Shown here one piece after another: positions 1 to 8,625 of a stretch of DNA of 62,553 nucleotides. Source of the stretch: a virus (taxonomy: Duplodnaviria; Caudoviricetes). Each line of letters starts with the position of its first letter. The stretch's first letter is position 1. The notes under the pieces were generated by a model that saw only the letters and a program-made list of their open reading frames with translations, was not told where the DNA came from and did not search any database. Position numbers and translations under genes: made by a program. The stretch is from positions 1 to 62,553 of IMG/VR virus record IMGVR_UViG_3300029893_000475; one strand, given 5' to 3'.

Positions 1-1
1 T

Positions 2-532
2 TTAGCTTTAAGCGGCTATAAAAAAGAATTGCAAGTTTATGGTATCCACAAAACTATGGGGCTGGCAGTAGGCGATGAAAGAATAGTTAGAGCTACATCA
101 GAAATAGAAGCTGTTGGTATAACAGTAAGTTTGGGATTTTTAGCACAAAGGACTGTAGAAAAGGCCGGTAAATTAAACAATGTAGAAATTAAAAAGATTG
201 TACCTAAAGAAACCACTACTGGATTAGTTCCAGTAGAAATAGATTTATATGAAAATATAGATTATAAAGTTGTAAATAATGGTACAACAGTAGAATTTGT
301 TTATCCACCTTCTTTAGATACAATTTCATTAAATGTAAGTTTTGTAAATGCTTTGGATTTAAGTATTATAAGTGGTATATTAATAGGCACAGTAGATGGA
401 GAAAATAATACTTTTATTATACCTAGTGGAACTGTATATGGTTATTATACGCTGAACGGGGATATTATTGTTAGTGGAATGAGTACAATATCAGGTTTAT
501 CTGAACAAAATCAATTTATTGCTATAGTTTAA
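2..532 (+). CDS. 5'-truncated virion structural protein (beta-rich, unknown function)
   Basis: The frame is open from position 2 (LALSGYKKEL...) upstream of the track's TTG at 29, so the gene starts before the window. V/I/T/N-rich with several Ser-Gly motifs; lies upstream of the sheath. Confidence 0.55.
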   Translation, partial: LALSGYKKELQVYGIHKTMGLAVGDERIVRATSEIEAVGITVSLGFLAQRTVEKAGKLNNVEIKKIVPKETTTGLVPVEIDLYENIDYKVVNNGTTVEFVYPPSLDTISLNVSFVNALDLSIISGILIGTVDGENNTFIIPSGTVYGYYTLNGDIIVSGMSTISGLSEQNQFIAIV

Positions 533-539
533 TAAAATT

Positions 540-1238
540 ATGAATATATTATCAGAAGAAATTAAATTTAAAAAACAGGCTGCTTTTGATACATTGGTCA
601 ATGTTTTAAGAAAAGCAGATATGGTGGCTGGAGAAAAAGGATTAAGAAAAGGCCTAGAATTTTTAGAAAAATATAAATCTCCTTTAAATACTTTATCTAA
701 AGGACAATTAAATAAACCAATATATCAAAAAGCCTATGGTAAAAATACAAAATTTTTTGAAAAATTTATATTGGAACAGATAGGTGATATGGCACATGGT
801 TTAAATAGAGTTACAAAAGGTGTAAGTCAACAAACACCTTTATTAAAAAATGTAAAGATGGTAGGAAAAAATTTTGCACAGCTATTAGGTGATCAAGTTA
901 GAGGATCTATGTACAAGGTAGTATCACCAGAAGATGTAAAATTGGTAAAAAATAGAAAAGCAGTGCAAGGAAAAGGTTTATTTAAACATAAAATGTTTGA
1001 TAGACCTATAGTAGGAAAAACAACACGTGGTGATTATATAATTAAAAAAAGAAAAGCTATGATCCCATTATCGATTGCTACTACACCAGTAGGACTTGGA
1101 GTGGGTACAGCTTTATTTGATTACGATAAAAAAGACAACGCTGTTTCAAGAACAGGCAAAGCCTTAGCTGAAACTGCAAAATGGTCGCTAGTTCCGCCTA
1201 TAGCTACGGCAGAACTTATATATCGTACAATAAAATAA
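540..1238 (+). CDS. hypothetical basic protein, possibly virion-associated
   Basis: 232-aa Lys-rich ORF with hydrophobic C-terminal segments, between structural genes; no recognised motif. Confidence 0.5.
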   Translation: MNILSEEIKFKKQAAFDTLVNVLRKADMVAGEKGLRKGLEFLEKYKSPLNTLSKGQLNKPIYQKAYGKNTKFFEKFILEQIGDMAHGLNRVTKGVSQQTPLLKNVKMVGKNFAQLLGDQVRGSMYKVVSPEDVKLVKNRKAVQGKGLFKHKMFDRPIVGKTTRGDYIIKKRKAMIPLSIATTPVGLGVGTALFDYDKKDNAVSRTGKALAETAKWSLVPPIATAELIYRTIK

Positions 1239-1255
1239 ATTGGAGGATAAATTAA

Positions 1256-2866
1256 ATGGCATATGTAAAACCGGGAGTTGAGATTGTACAAGAAGCAAAG
1301 ACTACAACTCCAGCGCTTATTACTCCAGAACTTGAAGGTGTTCTTATTGGTAATGGCTTTTATTGGCAAGACCCATCATTAGAGGATTCTGTAGTAAAAA
1401 ATGTTACTTATAAGGGGCAGTCAACTACAATAGCTTTAAGTGGCATTAATTCAGTATTTTATAATGTTACTGGGTTAGAAGATATGGTTGTTGTAGATTT
1501 AATTACTGTTTCGGGAAATGGTATAGGCAATGTAGTTCATTTAGAATATACAACTAATTATACTGTAAGCAACAATTCTGTAACGTTATTAACTAACACT
1601 AATTATCAAAACAATGTATATCAAGTAAGAATAGGATATTTAGCTAGGAAAAATGCAAGTGATTACGGATATAAAACTTTGTACTCATTAGCTGATGTTG
1701 AAGAAACTATAGGAGAACCTGTATCTTGGAATCCTTTAGCTTTTGGAGCTAGACTTGCTATGCTAAATTCTGGCAGAACTATTAATGTTGTAAATGTTTC
1801 CGGAATGACTACAAATGACATAGAAAACGCGGTAGATAGTGTATTAGGTACAAGGGATGTTTATGCTGTAGCTCCAGTAACACATAATGTTTCTATCGGA
1901 GCTATGAAGACACACGTAGATACATATTCTTTGCCTATAAATAAAAAGGAACGAATAGTTATAATGAATCAGGATTTGTCAGGATTTTGGAGTGGTACCC
2001 CATTTTCAAGTAATAATACTGACAAAACAAACACTGTCACTGCTATTAGGGATGCTAACATTTCTCATTTGAACAGAAGGGTAATATTAACACATCCTGA
2101 TGTAGCATACATTACTGAAACTAGGCATATCACGACTATTAGTCCTACCTGGATAACAAAAAGTTTCTTAAATACTTCAGCAGGTTTTGCCTCTTATGGT
2201 TTAAAAGCAAGATTTGCATTTGATACCTTTATTAATAATAAAAAATATAAAGCAGGAACCGAAATAACTACTGCTATTTGGCAAGAATTGAGAGATGCTG
2301 GTTGGGGAGGTAGTTCTGGAAGTGTTACTGTGAAAGTACCTGTACCTGGATATTATTACCCTTGCCTAGTTGTAGGACAAATAGTAGGAGAAACACCAGA
2401 ACAACCATTAACTAATTTACCTACAACAGGATTAGAAGAAACATATGGATCATCTGATTATTATAATGAAGCACAGCTAAATATTTTAGCTGAAGGGGGT
2501 ACATACATTATGGTGCAAGCTAATCCTAATGCTCCTATAGTATCCAGACACCAATTAACTACAGATATGACACAAGTATCTAAACGAGAATTAAGTATTG
2601 TAAAAAGTTTGGATTATGTAGCTAAGTTTATTAGAAAGTCCATGGTTCCGTATATAGGGCGTTATACAATAACACCTGCCTTTTTAAAACTTATTAATTC
2701 TATTTTAATAAGCATTTCCTTATATTTAACAAGAGAAGGCAGAATATCAGACATGAAAATAAATTCAGTATCAGTAGATGAATTATCTCCGGATACAATC
2801 AGAGTTACAGTGGATATTAAGGTAAAATACCCTGTTAATTATATTAAAGTAACCTTATTATTTTAA
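1256..2866 (+). CDS. contractile tail sheath protein
   Basis: N-terminal MAYVKPGVEIVQE (sheath PGV.I.E motif); C-terminal RELSIVKSLDYV...YIGR...DTIRVTVDIKVKYPVNYIKVTL typical of the sheath C-domain; SD GGAGG upstream; followed by a tube-sized gene. Confidence 0.85.
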   Translation: MAYVKPGVEIVQEAKTTTPALITPELEGVLIGNGFYWQDPSLEDSVVKNVTYKGQSTTIALSGINSVFYNVTGLEDMVVVDLITVSGNGIGNVVHLEYTTNYTVSNNSVTLLTNTNYQNNVYQVRIGYLARKNASDYGYKTLYSLADVEETIGEPVSWNPLAFGARLAMLNSGRTINVVNVSGMTTNDIENAVDSVLGTRDVYAVAPVTHNVSIGAMKTHVDTYSLPINKKERIVIMNQDLSGFWSGTPFSSNNTDKTNTVTAIRDANISHLNRRVILTHPDVAYITETRHITTISPTWITKSFLNTSAGFASYGLKARFAFDTFINNKKYKAGTEITTAIWQELRDAGWGGSSGSVTVKVPVPGYYYPCLVVGQIVGETPEQPLTNLPTTGLEETYGSSDYYNEAQLNILAEGGTYIMVQANPNAPIVSRHQLTTDMTQVSKRELSIVKSLDYVAKFIRKSMVPYIGRYTITPAFLKLINSILISISLYLTREGRISDMKINSVSVDELSPDTIRVTVDIKVKYPVNYIKVTLLF

Positions 2867-2877
2867 GGAGGAATAAA

Positions 2878-3606
2878 ATGCCAAATGTAAAAAAATTAGA
2901 ACAATGGCTGAATAAATTTACTAGTGAACATGTGCAACCTTTAGATACAGTAGCAGGGGATTTTTTATCTTCTGAGTCTGTTGTATTATTATCTGGACCA
3001 CCAAAATTGGATCAGGGTTATTCTCCTAGTAATTTAATACCCATTGGTCTAGTGCAAAATGCACAAGTAACACAACAAAAACAAATACAGCAATTGTTTG
3101 AGATAGGTTCTAAACAACCTTATTTTGTACCTGGTAGAAATATAATTCAGGTGGGTATAGCTAGAATCTTGTTTGATGGACCGTCATTATTACAAGCATT
3201 ATATGTTTATAGCGATAATGGTGATCAGTTATATATACCAGCAATATCAGATACTACTTCTGCTTTATCTAATCCTGGAGAGCCTTATAATTTAGCTGGA
3301 ACAGACCCTGTACAGATAGGAACCACTACTGGTGGTTTTGATACCACAAACAATGCTGAATTCTTTATAAATCTGGCCTCTGAATTTTTTAATAAACCTA
3401 TGGGCTTAGGAATGGTGTTATACGATATGCAGCAGCAAGCTTATGGAGGGTTTTATTTAGAGGAGTGTTATGTTCAGTCTCATAGACTTTCAGTATCTGC
3501 GCAGCAGACAGTACTTATGGAAGACGTTGGAATTCGTTGTACAGCTATTAGACCAATAAGTATAGATGAACTGGGTGGTAGTTCTTCTGGCAATATAGCT
3601 GGTTAA
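2878..3606 (+). CDS. tail tube protein
   Basis: Directly after the sheath; PIGLVQNAQVTQQKQIQQLFEIGS..YFVPG motif as in myophage tube proteins; SD AAGGAGG. Confidence 0.7.
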   Translation: MPNVKKLEQWLNKFTSEHVQPLDTVAGDFLSSESVVLLSGPPKLDQGYSPSNLIPIGLVQNAQVTQQKQIQQLFEIGSKQPYFVPGRNIIQVGIARILFDGPSLLQALYVYSDNGDQLYIPAISDTTSALSNPGEPYNLAGTDPVQIGTTTGGFDTTNNAEFFINLASEFFNKPMGLGMVLYDMQQQAYGGFYLEECYVQSHRLSVSAQQTVLMEDVGIRCTAIRPISIDELGGSSSGNIAG

Positions 3607-3618
3607 TTTTTAAGCTAA

Positions 3619-3651
3619 AAAATAGAATAGGGGTATCCCCTATTCTATTTT
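3619..3651. terminator. bidirectional intrinsic terminator between convergent tube and dNMP kinase genes
   Basis: Perfect 15-bp inverted repeat AAAATAGAATAGGGG-TAT-CCCCTATTCTATTTT with A/T tracts on both sides, at a convergent gene junction. Confidence 0.85.
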
Positions 3652-4368
3652 CTTAATTTTTTGTGCAGTTTTTATAGGATTTATAAAAAGTTCGATAAAT
3701 TGATCCAGTTTTTGTTTTAATGAGGGAAGGTCTTTAGCAGTTATAGACAAGTCTGGAGGGTAATTTTCTAGCTCCACTTCTGATTCATGTGAACCACTTC
3801 TATCTGTCGCCCCATACACATTACCAAATTCATCGACTCTTATTATTTTTACATAGTACCCAACATTTAAGTGTAAAGCTTCAACTTCGTTTTTAAATCT
3901 TGTGTCAGCAATTATTATATATTCAGGGGAATTTTCTTTAGCTATTTGTTCTATTTTAGACATTGTTAAATTAATCCAGTAATTTTTGTCACACATGTTT
4001 CTACGGAAATTAGTTCCCCAAAATTGTAAAATTTCGGGATCTTTTTCAGTCATACCCCAATATTCTGTGATGTTTCTTTGCGTAAAAATCTTGTGTAAGA
4101 AAGGATCATTTTTACTTGAAATTGCTACCCGTTCACCCGTACCGGCATCAGATAATACACTGTAATAGGTTTTTTCTGGTGTAACAAATTCTTGTTTTAT
4201 AAGAGGATATTCGTTTCTTTCGTTTTTACATTGTTCGTATAAACTATCTGCCCAATGCACAATTTCAACATTATTTAATTTTTCCTTTAAATACAAAGCT
4301 GCTGAATCTTTACCTTGTCTAGCTTTGTGACCAAATCCTAATAATAGTATATTTGAATAATTTAGCAT
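3640..4368 (-). CDS. deoxynucleoside monophosphate kinase (T4 gp1-like)
   Basis: P-loop variant GHKARQGKDS, LQFWGTNFRR, DTRFKNE and HESE motifs. Likely start is the ATG at 4368 (MLNYS) rather than 4404. Confidence 0.8.
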   Translation of the reverse strand: MLNYSNILLLGFGHKARQGKDSAALYLKEKLNNVEIVHWADSLYEQCKNERNEYPLIKQEFVTPEKTYYSVLSDAGTGERVAISSKNDPFLHKIFTQRNITEYWGMTEKDPEILQFWGTNFRRNMCDKNYWINLTMSKIEQIAKENSPEYIIIADTRFKNEVEALHLNVGYYVKIIRVDEFGNVYGATDRSGSHESEVELENYPPDLSITAKDLPSLKQKLDQFIELFINPIKTAQKIKKIE

Positions 4369-4381
4369 TTTCTTATTTGAT

Positions 4382-6172
4382 TTAGTGTAACCAATTTTTA
4401 CCAACTTTCGGCAAAACTTCCATAGGAACAGTATCTGCGTAATGATTAAAAGCTTTTATCATCTCTTCTTGTACAGCTATTTTTACAGCCTCGGTATCTT
4501 CCGGAGCAACTTCTACCAGAATTTCATCATGTATAGCATTTACAATTTTTGCATTATAGTTATTTTTTACTATTCTATTATTCAATCTTACCAAAGCTAA
4601 TTTTATTGTTGAAGCTCCGCCACCTTGAAAGGGCAGGTTTTTTGCTTGATTAATAGCATGTGCTACAACAGCTTTATTATCCCAATCTATATCATCAAGA
4701 TAAACTCTTCTCCCATCCAAGGGTGAATAAGCATATTTATTAGCTTTAACTTGACTAACCACTGAATCCATAAACTTTTTAACATTTTTGAACACAATAA
4801 AATACCTATCCAAAAGACCTTTTGCATCATCATATGATATTTTTAATTGAGTAGATAATTTTTTTGGACCAGCACCATATAATAATGCAAACGTAATGGT
4901 CTTACATTGATTACGTTCTTTTTTTGTTATACTATGGTAATCTTTATTAAATAGTAAACTAGCCGAGAAGGTATGTAAATCTATATTTTTTTGAAGTGCG
5001 GAAATCATTTGTGGTTCCTGACTTATATGTGCAAGTAACCTTAATTCTTGCCCAGAAAAGTCGGCACTTATAAAATTCCATTCTGGATTTTGAACACCAA
5101 AAGGAGTTCTATATTCTTGTTCTTTTGGAAGATTCATCATATTGGGATCATCAGAACTTATTCTGCCTGTTTGTGCTTTAAGCTGTCTGTATTTAGAATG
5201 TATCCTATTATCTACTTTATGGATATAATCTAAAAAGTTAGCTCCATAAGTTGTAATTTTTTTCTGTTCTTGTCTATAATTTATTAAATCAGCTATAACT
5301 TGATAATCATCTTTATAATATTCTAAATATTTTGCATCTGTACTTGTAAGATCTAATCCAGTTACTTCTCTGAGCCTTGGTAAAAGTTGCTTTGGTGAAT
5401 TGTAGTTTATAATAAATTCAACGTCTCCAAACAAATCTATTGTTTTGTTAGTATCTAGAAAATTTTTAAAATGCATATCTAATTTTTCTTTTGCTTTCTG
5501 CACAGCTTCTTTAGCTTTTTCTTCTAACGGAAGCCATTTATTTTTATCTAAGTAAATCCCGTTTAATGTCATATCACCTAAAACAGGAGCAGTTTCATAT
5601 TCTAGCAATGATAACTCTTCCATATTTCTTGCATTTAGTAATTTTTGTATCTCATAATAAAGAGGTACTAAGTATTCAACATCTTCAGCTGAATATTTTA
5701 ATTGTTCTTCACTGAAGGTATTACCATATTCTTGCTTACTAAAACTTTCTCTGATAGATTTGTCTAGTACCTTACCTAAATATTTTTTAACAACGCTGTC
5801 TAATCCAAAACTTACTTTACTTTTACCTTGATTTAATAATTGTTCACCCAACATCGTGCATTTAGTATTATTTAAAGCAATGTTAAAGTTGCTTTTTATT
5901 TGCATATAATCAAAAATAGAGTTATGAAAAACTTTTATTAATGTTGGTTGATTAATTTCTTTCAAAAATAATTTTATTTTTTCTTTACCTATCTTTGCTA
6001 CATCTATTACATATTGTCTTGAAGTATTACCTATTTGTATTAATAATACTTCACTGGTTAATGGATCTAATGAAGTTGTTTCTGTATCAAACCCTAATAT
6101 AGTCTGTTCCAAAATCCATTTTTTTACATTTTCTAATTGTGAAGTTTCTGTTATATAAAATATATTTGACAT
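4382..6172 (-). CDS. polA: DNA polymerase family A with 3'-5' exonuclease, no 5'-3' exonuclease domain
   Basis: Exo motifs FDTETT, FHNSIFD, YSAEDV; polymerase motifs TGRISS, ADFSGQELR (A), RNQCKTITFALLYG (B), HDEI (C). Confidence 0.95.
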   Translation of the reverse strand: MSNIFYITETSQLENVKKWILEQTILGFDTETTSLDPLTSEVLLIQIGNTSRQYVIDVAKIGKEKIKLFLKEINQPTLIKVFHNSIFDYMQIKSNFNIALNNTKCTMLGEQLLNQGKSKVSFGLDSVVKKYLGKVLDKSIRESFSKQEYGNTFSEEQLKYSAEDVEYLVPLYYEIQKLLNARNMEELSLLEYETAPVLGDMTLNGIYLDKNKWLPLEEKAKEAVQKAKEKLDMHFKNFLDTNKTIDLFGDVEFIINYNSPKQLLPRLREVTGLDLTSTDAKYLEYYKDDYQVIADLINYRQEQKKITTYGANFLDYIHKVDNRIHSKYRQLKAQTGRISSDDPNMMNLPKEQEYRTPFGVQNPEWNFISADFSGQELRLLAHISQEPQMISALQKNIDLHTFSASLLFNKDYHSITKKERNQCKTITFALLYGAGPKKLSTQLKISYDDAKGLLDRYFIVFKNVKKFMDSVVSQVKANKYAYSPLDGRRVYLDDIDWDNKAVVAHAINQAKNLPFQGGGASTIKLALVRLNNRIVKNNYNAKIVNAIHDEILVEVAPEDTEAVKIAVQEEMIKAFNHYADTVPMEVLPKVGKNWLH

Positions 6173-6173
6173 A

Positions 6174-6965
6174 TTATAAATATTCTTTTAGTTGATTAGC
6201 ATATTTTTCTTTTAATTTTTCTATGGTTTTTTCTTTAATTTGTCTTACCCTTTCTCTAGTAAGATTCCAATCTACACCTATTTCCTTTAATGTGTAAGGT
6301 CTAAATTGATCTATACCAAAATACATCATTAAAATTTCTCTTTCTCTTTCACTAAAGTCGGTTAATATAAAATCTAATTCTTCTCTTATATTTTCCATCA
6401 TTGTTGCATTATCAATGTATGATGGATCCGGTATAACATTTTTTAAGCTTTTTTCATCATCTGTTACAGGCTCATCCAGATCAATCATATTATAATTGTA
6501 TTTCAGTATATGAGCAACTTCTTCTTGTTCCGAAAATTCTGCAAGTTCTTCGTTTGTTAATTGTCTGCCTAACTCTTGTTCTAATTCTGCTTTTAATTTT
6601 TGAACTTTAGAAATTTCAATAATAACATTTAGAGGTAATTTTATAACTTTTGCATTATCATGTATAGCTTTCATTATGGACTGTTTTATCCACCATACTG
6701 CATATGTTATAAATTTTACATTGTGGTTTAAGCTATATTTTTCAAAAGCTGTAAGCAATCCTAAATTGCCTTCCTGTATCAAATCTTCTAAAGCTAGCCC
6801 CTGATTCTGATATTGTTTTGCAACACTTACCACAAACCTAAGGTTTCTTTTTATAAGTTCTTCATATGCTTTTTTATCTCCAGCTTTAGCTTTTTCTAGA
6901 ACTATGCGTTCTTCTTCCTTTGTAAATGGAGGAAAATTTTTGATTTCTTTTAAGTATATATCCAT
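6174..6965 (-). CDS. RNA polymerase sigma-70 factor, RpoD/RpoS-like, lacking region 1.1
   Basis: NLRFVVSVAKQYQNQGLALEDLIQEGNLGL, KFITYAVWWIKQSI (region 2) and TLKEIG...LTRERVRQIKEK (region 4 HTH). Confidence 0.93.
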   Translation of the reverse strand: MDIYLKEIKNFPPFTKEEERIVLEKAKAGDKKAYEELIKRNLRFVVSVAKQYQNQGLALEDLIQEGNLGLLTAFEKYSLNHNVKFITYAVWWIKQSIMKAIHDNAKVIKLPLNVIIEISKVQKLKAELEQELGRQLTNEELAEFSEQEEVAHILKYNYNMIDLDEPVTDDEKSLKNVIPDPSYIDNATMMENIREELDFILTDFSEREREILMMYFGIDQFRPYTLKEIGVDWNLTRERVRQIKEKTIEKLKEKYANQLKEYL

Positions 6966-7204
6966 TATTTATTACCTGGTTTTAGGTGTTCAACCGAAAT
7001 GTTGTTTTCTATCATTTCACATATTATACAACCTTTTCCAAGTTTTCTTTGTCTACATTTGTCAGGATTTTCCCAATCATGAAAAATTTTATCCCACTTT
7101 AATTGATCTACCCTCATGTCAGTTTGAATATTCCATACTTCTTTAAAATCTTTAGATTGCCTATTTTGTTGCTGATCTTGTTTTGACTTAAAATAAAAAT
7201 CCAT
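6965..7204 (-). CDS. small hypothetical protein with possible Zn-binding Cys cluster
   Basis: 79 aa, SD GGAGGAG upstream, C-x8-C-x2-C plus His; coupled to the sigma gene. Confidence 0.55.
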   Translation of the reverse strand: MDFYFKSKQDQQQNRQSKDFKEVWNIQTDMRVDQLKWDKIFHDWENPDKCRQRKLGKGCIICEMIENNISVEHLKPGNK

Positions 7205-7221
7205 AATTCTCCTCCATAAAA

Positions 7222-7830
7222 TTATAATGTATGTACAAATTCTGCTGGATTAGGATCACCACGGAGCCAATTTAGTAAATAACTAACTCCATAAGCAGCA
7301 GCATGTATATTACCTCTTTGTATTATATTATTTTCTAGTTCCCAAGCGTTTTGACAACTTCCATTATCTACATCTTCTGTTGGTAGTGTGCTCAGCATAG
7401 ACTGATAAGTATGTTTATTGCTTTTAGCATACACAGCATAAGATTTACCTTCGCTTCTTAGATCTATCCAATAGACATCCGGGTTATCGTTAAAAACATA
7501 ATCAAAAAAAAGTTTCCTAAATTTTGTATTATCTACTGCTGAAATTATACAATCATAATCTGCTAGATTTTTTTTATCTTCAATTTTATTAACATAAGGT
7601 TCCATATTATATCGTGCTGCTATGGTTAATGCTTTAAATTCAAACAAATCTATTTTTTGAAAATTTTGATAAAGTAAGTTTTTATTTTCTACTGTATCAT
7701 AGTCAGCAATTGTTATTTTTACATTTTCATTTATTTGTCCGTTTTCTGTTAATCTATAAATATCTGGTGCCATCCACGAACCTATACCTCCAGCACCAAC
7801 AATCAATATTTTTATTTGTCTTTTTTCCAT
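7222..7830 (-). CDS. E1-like (ThiF/MoeB family) ubiquitin-like protein activating enzyme
   Basis: ILIVGAGGIGS nucleotide-binding loop, DYDTVENKNLLYQNF, AVDNTKFR, WIDLRS, single candidate catalytic Cys in GSCQ; no CxxC Zn pairs and no rhodanese domain. Confidence 0.88.
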   Translation of the reverse strand: MEKRQIKILIVGAGGIGSWMAPDIYRLTENGQINENVKITIADYDTVENKNLLYQNFQKIDLFEFKALTIAARYNMEPYVNKIEDKKNLADYDCIISAVDNTKFRKLFFDYVFNDNPDVYWIDLRSEGKSYAVYAKSNKHTYQSMLSTLPTEDVDNGSCQNAWELENNIIQRGNIHAAAYGVSYLLNWLRGDPNPAEFVHTL

Positions 7831-7833
7831 AAG

Positions 7834-8307
7834 TTATTCGATGATTAATTTTGAAGGACCAAACTTTTTTTCTCCTTGAAAAATTGCATAGGTAATGTTT
7901 GGATCTTGAGATCCTTCATTAAACCATGCTTTTATGCTATTATATTTATTCGAATATATTATATATATTCCTGCAACTCCGGCCATTTCTATATCCTGCA
8001 ATGATGGTATAGGAGGCCATTTTGGATGGGTATGAAAAACTCCTACTATAGAATATTTAGCTTGCGGATCCAAATGTTTTGTACTCATTAAAACAGAAAG
8101 ATATTCAGATGGTTCCGGAATATATTCAATTTCGTTATTAGGAGAAACGTTATTTATTGGTACAAAATCATGCATTCTAAATATACCAAGTTCCTGGGAT
8201 ATAATATCTCCAACAATTAAACCACAAACTTCTTTTTCTGTAGAAGTTTTTGCGTAATGAATTAATTTATTTAAATTGTCATATGTTAAATATAATTCTG
8301 AACTCAT
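7834..8307 (-). CDS. JAB/MPN+ (Mov34) metallo-isopeptidase
   Basis: EVCGLIVG and FHTHPKWPPIPSLQD give a complete JAMM motif E...HxH-x7-S-x2-D. Probable start is the ATG at 8307 (MSSELY) with SD AGAAAGGA; the track's TTG at 8337 lies inside a hairpin. Confidence 0.9.
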   Translation of the reverse strand: MSSELYLTYDNLNKLIHYAKTSTEKEVCGLIVGDIISQELGIFRMHDFVPINNVSPNNEIEYIPEPSEYLSVLMSTKHLDPQAKYSIVGVFHTHPKWPPIPSLQDIEMAGVAGIYIIYSNKYNSIKAWFNEGSQDPNITYAIFQGEKKFGPSKLIIE

Positions 8308-8327
8308 ATCTATCCTTTCTAAAATAG

Positions 8328-8346
8328 AAGGGGGCAAAGCCCCCTT
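8328..8346 (-). terminator. GC-rich hairpin (terminator/attenuator) between Ubl and JAB genes
   Basis: Minus strand reads AAGGGGGC-TTT-GCCCCCTT followed by CTATTTT, starting a few nt after the Ubl stop codon. Confidence 0.65.
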
Positions 8347-8351
8347 TAAGT

Positions 8352-8609
8352 TTATCCTCCGACTAGGGCATTAGTTAATATTACATACTCAGACGTAATC
8401 AATTTTTCTACAGTTAATGTAGAAGGATTTTGCATTACACCATCAATATATAACCATTTTTTATTGTTATTTGTTTCTTCTTTAATTCTTTCCAGAGCAA
8501 GAGTAGGTATTTCTTCCCATTCATCATGTCCTCTGGAACTAACTATTCTAACTTTAATCTTTTTTTCTATTGTCGAATTAAAGGTATTTAAATCAGTTTT
8601 AATTTCCAT
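8352..8609 (-). CDS. ubiquitin-like beta-grasp protein (ThiS/MoaD/SAMP-like) with C-terminal diglycine
   Basis: 85 aa ending ...WLYIDG...YVILTNALVGG*; SD GAGG; adjacent to JAB and E1 genes. Confidence 0.8.
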   Translation of the reverse strand: MEIKTDLNTFNSTIEKKIKVRIVSSRGHDEWEEIPTLALERIKEETNNNKKWLYIDGVMQNPSTLTVEKLITSEYVILTNALVGG

Positions 8610-8625
8610 ATTATTTCCTCTTTGA

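Noticed and set aside
7222-8609. Thiamine or molybdopterin biosynthesis (ThiF/ThiS, MoeB/MoaD) reading of the cassette
   Set aside because: No thiG, moaE, desulfurase or rhodanese in the window, the E1 lacks Zn CxxC motifs, and a JAB is present. A sulfur-carrier role is disfavoured but not fully excluded.
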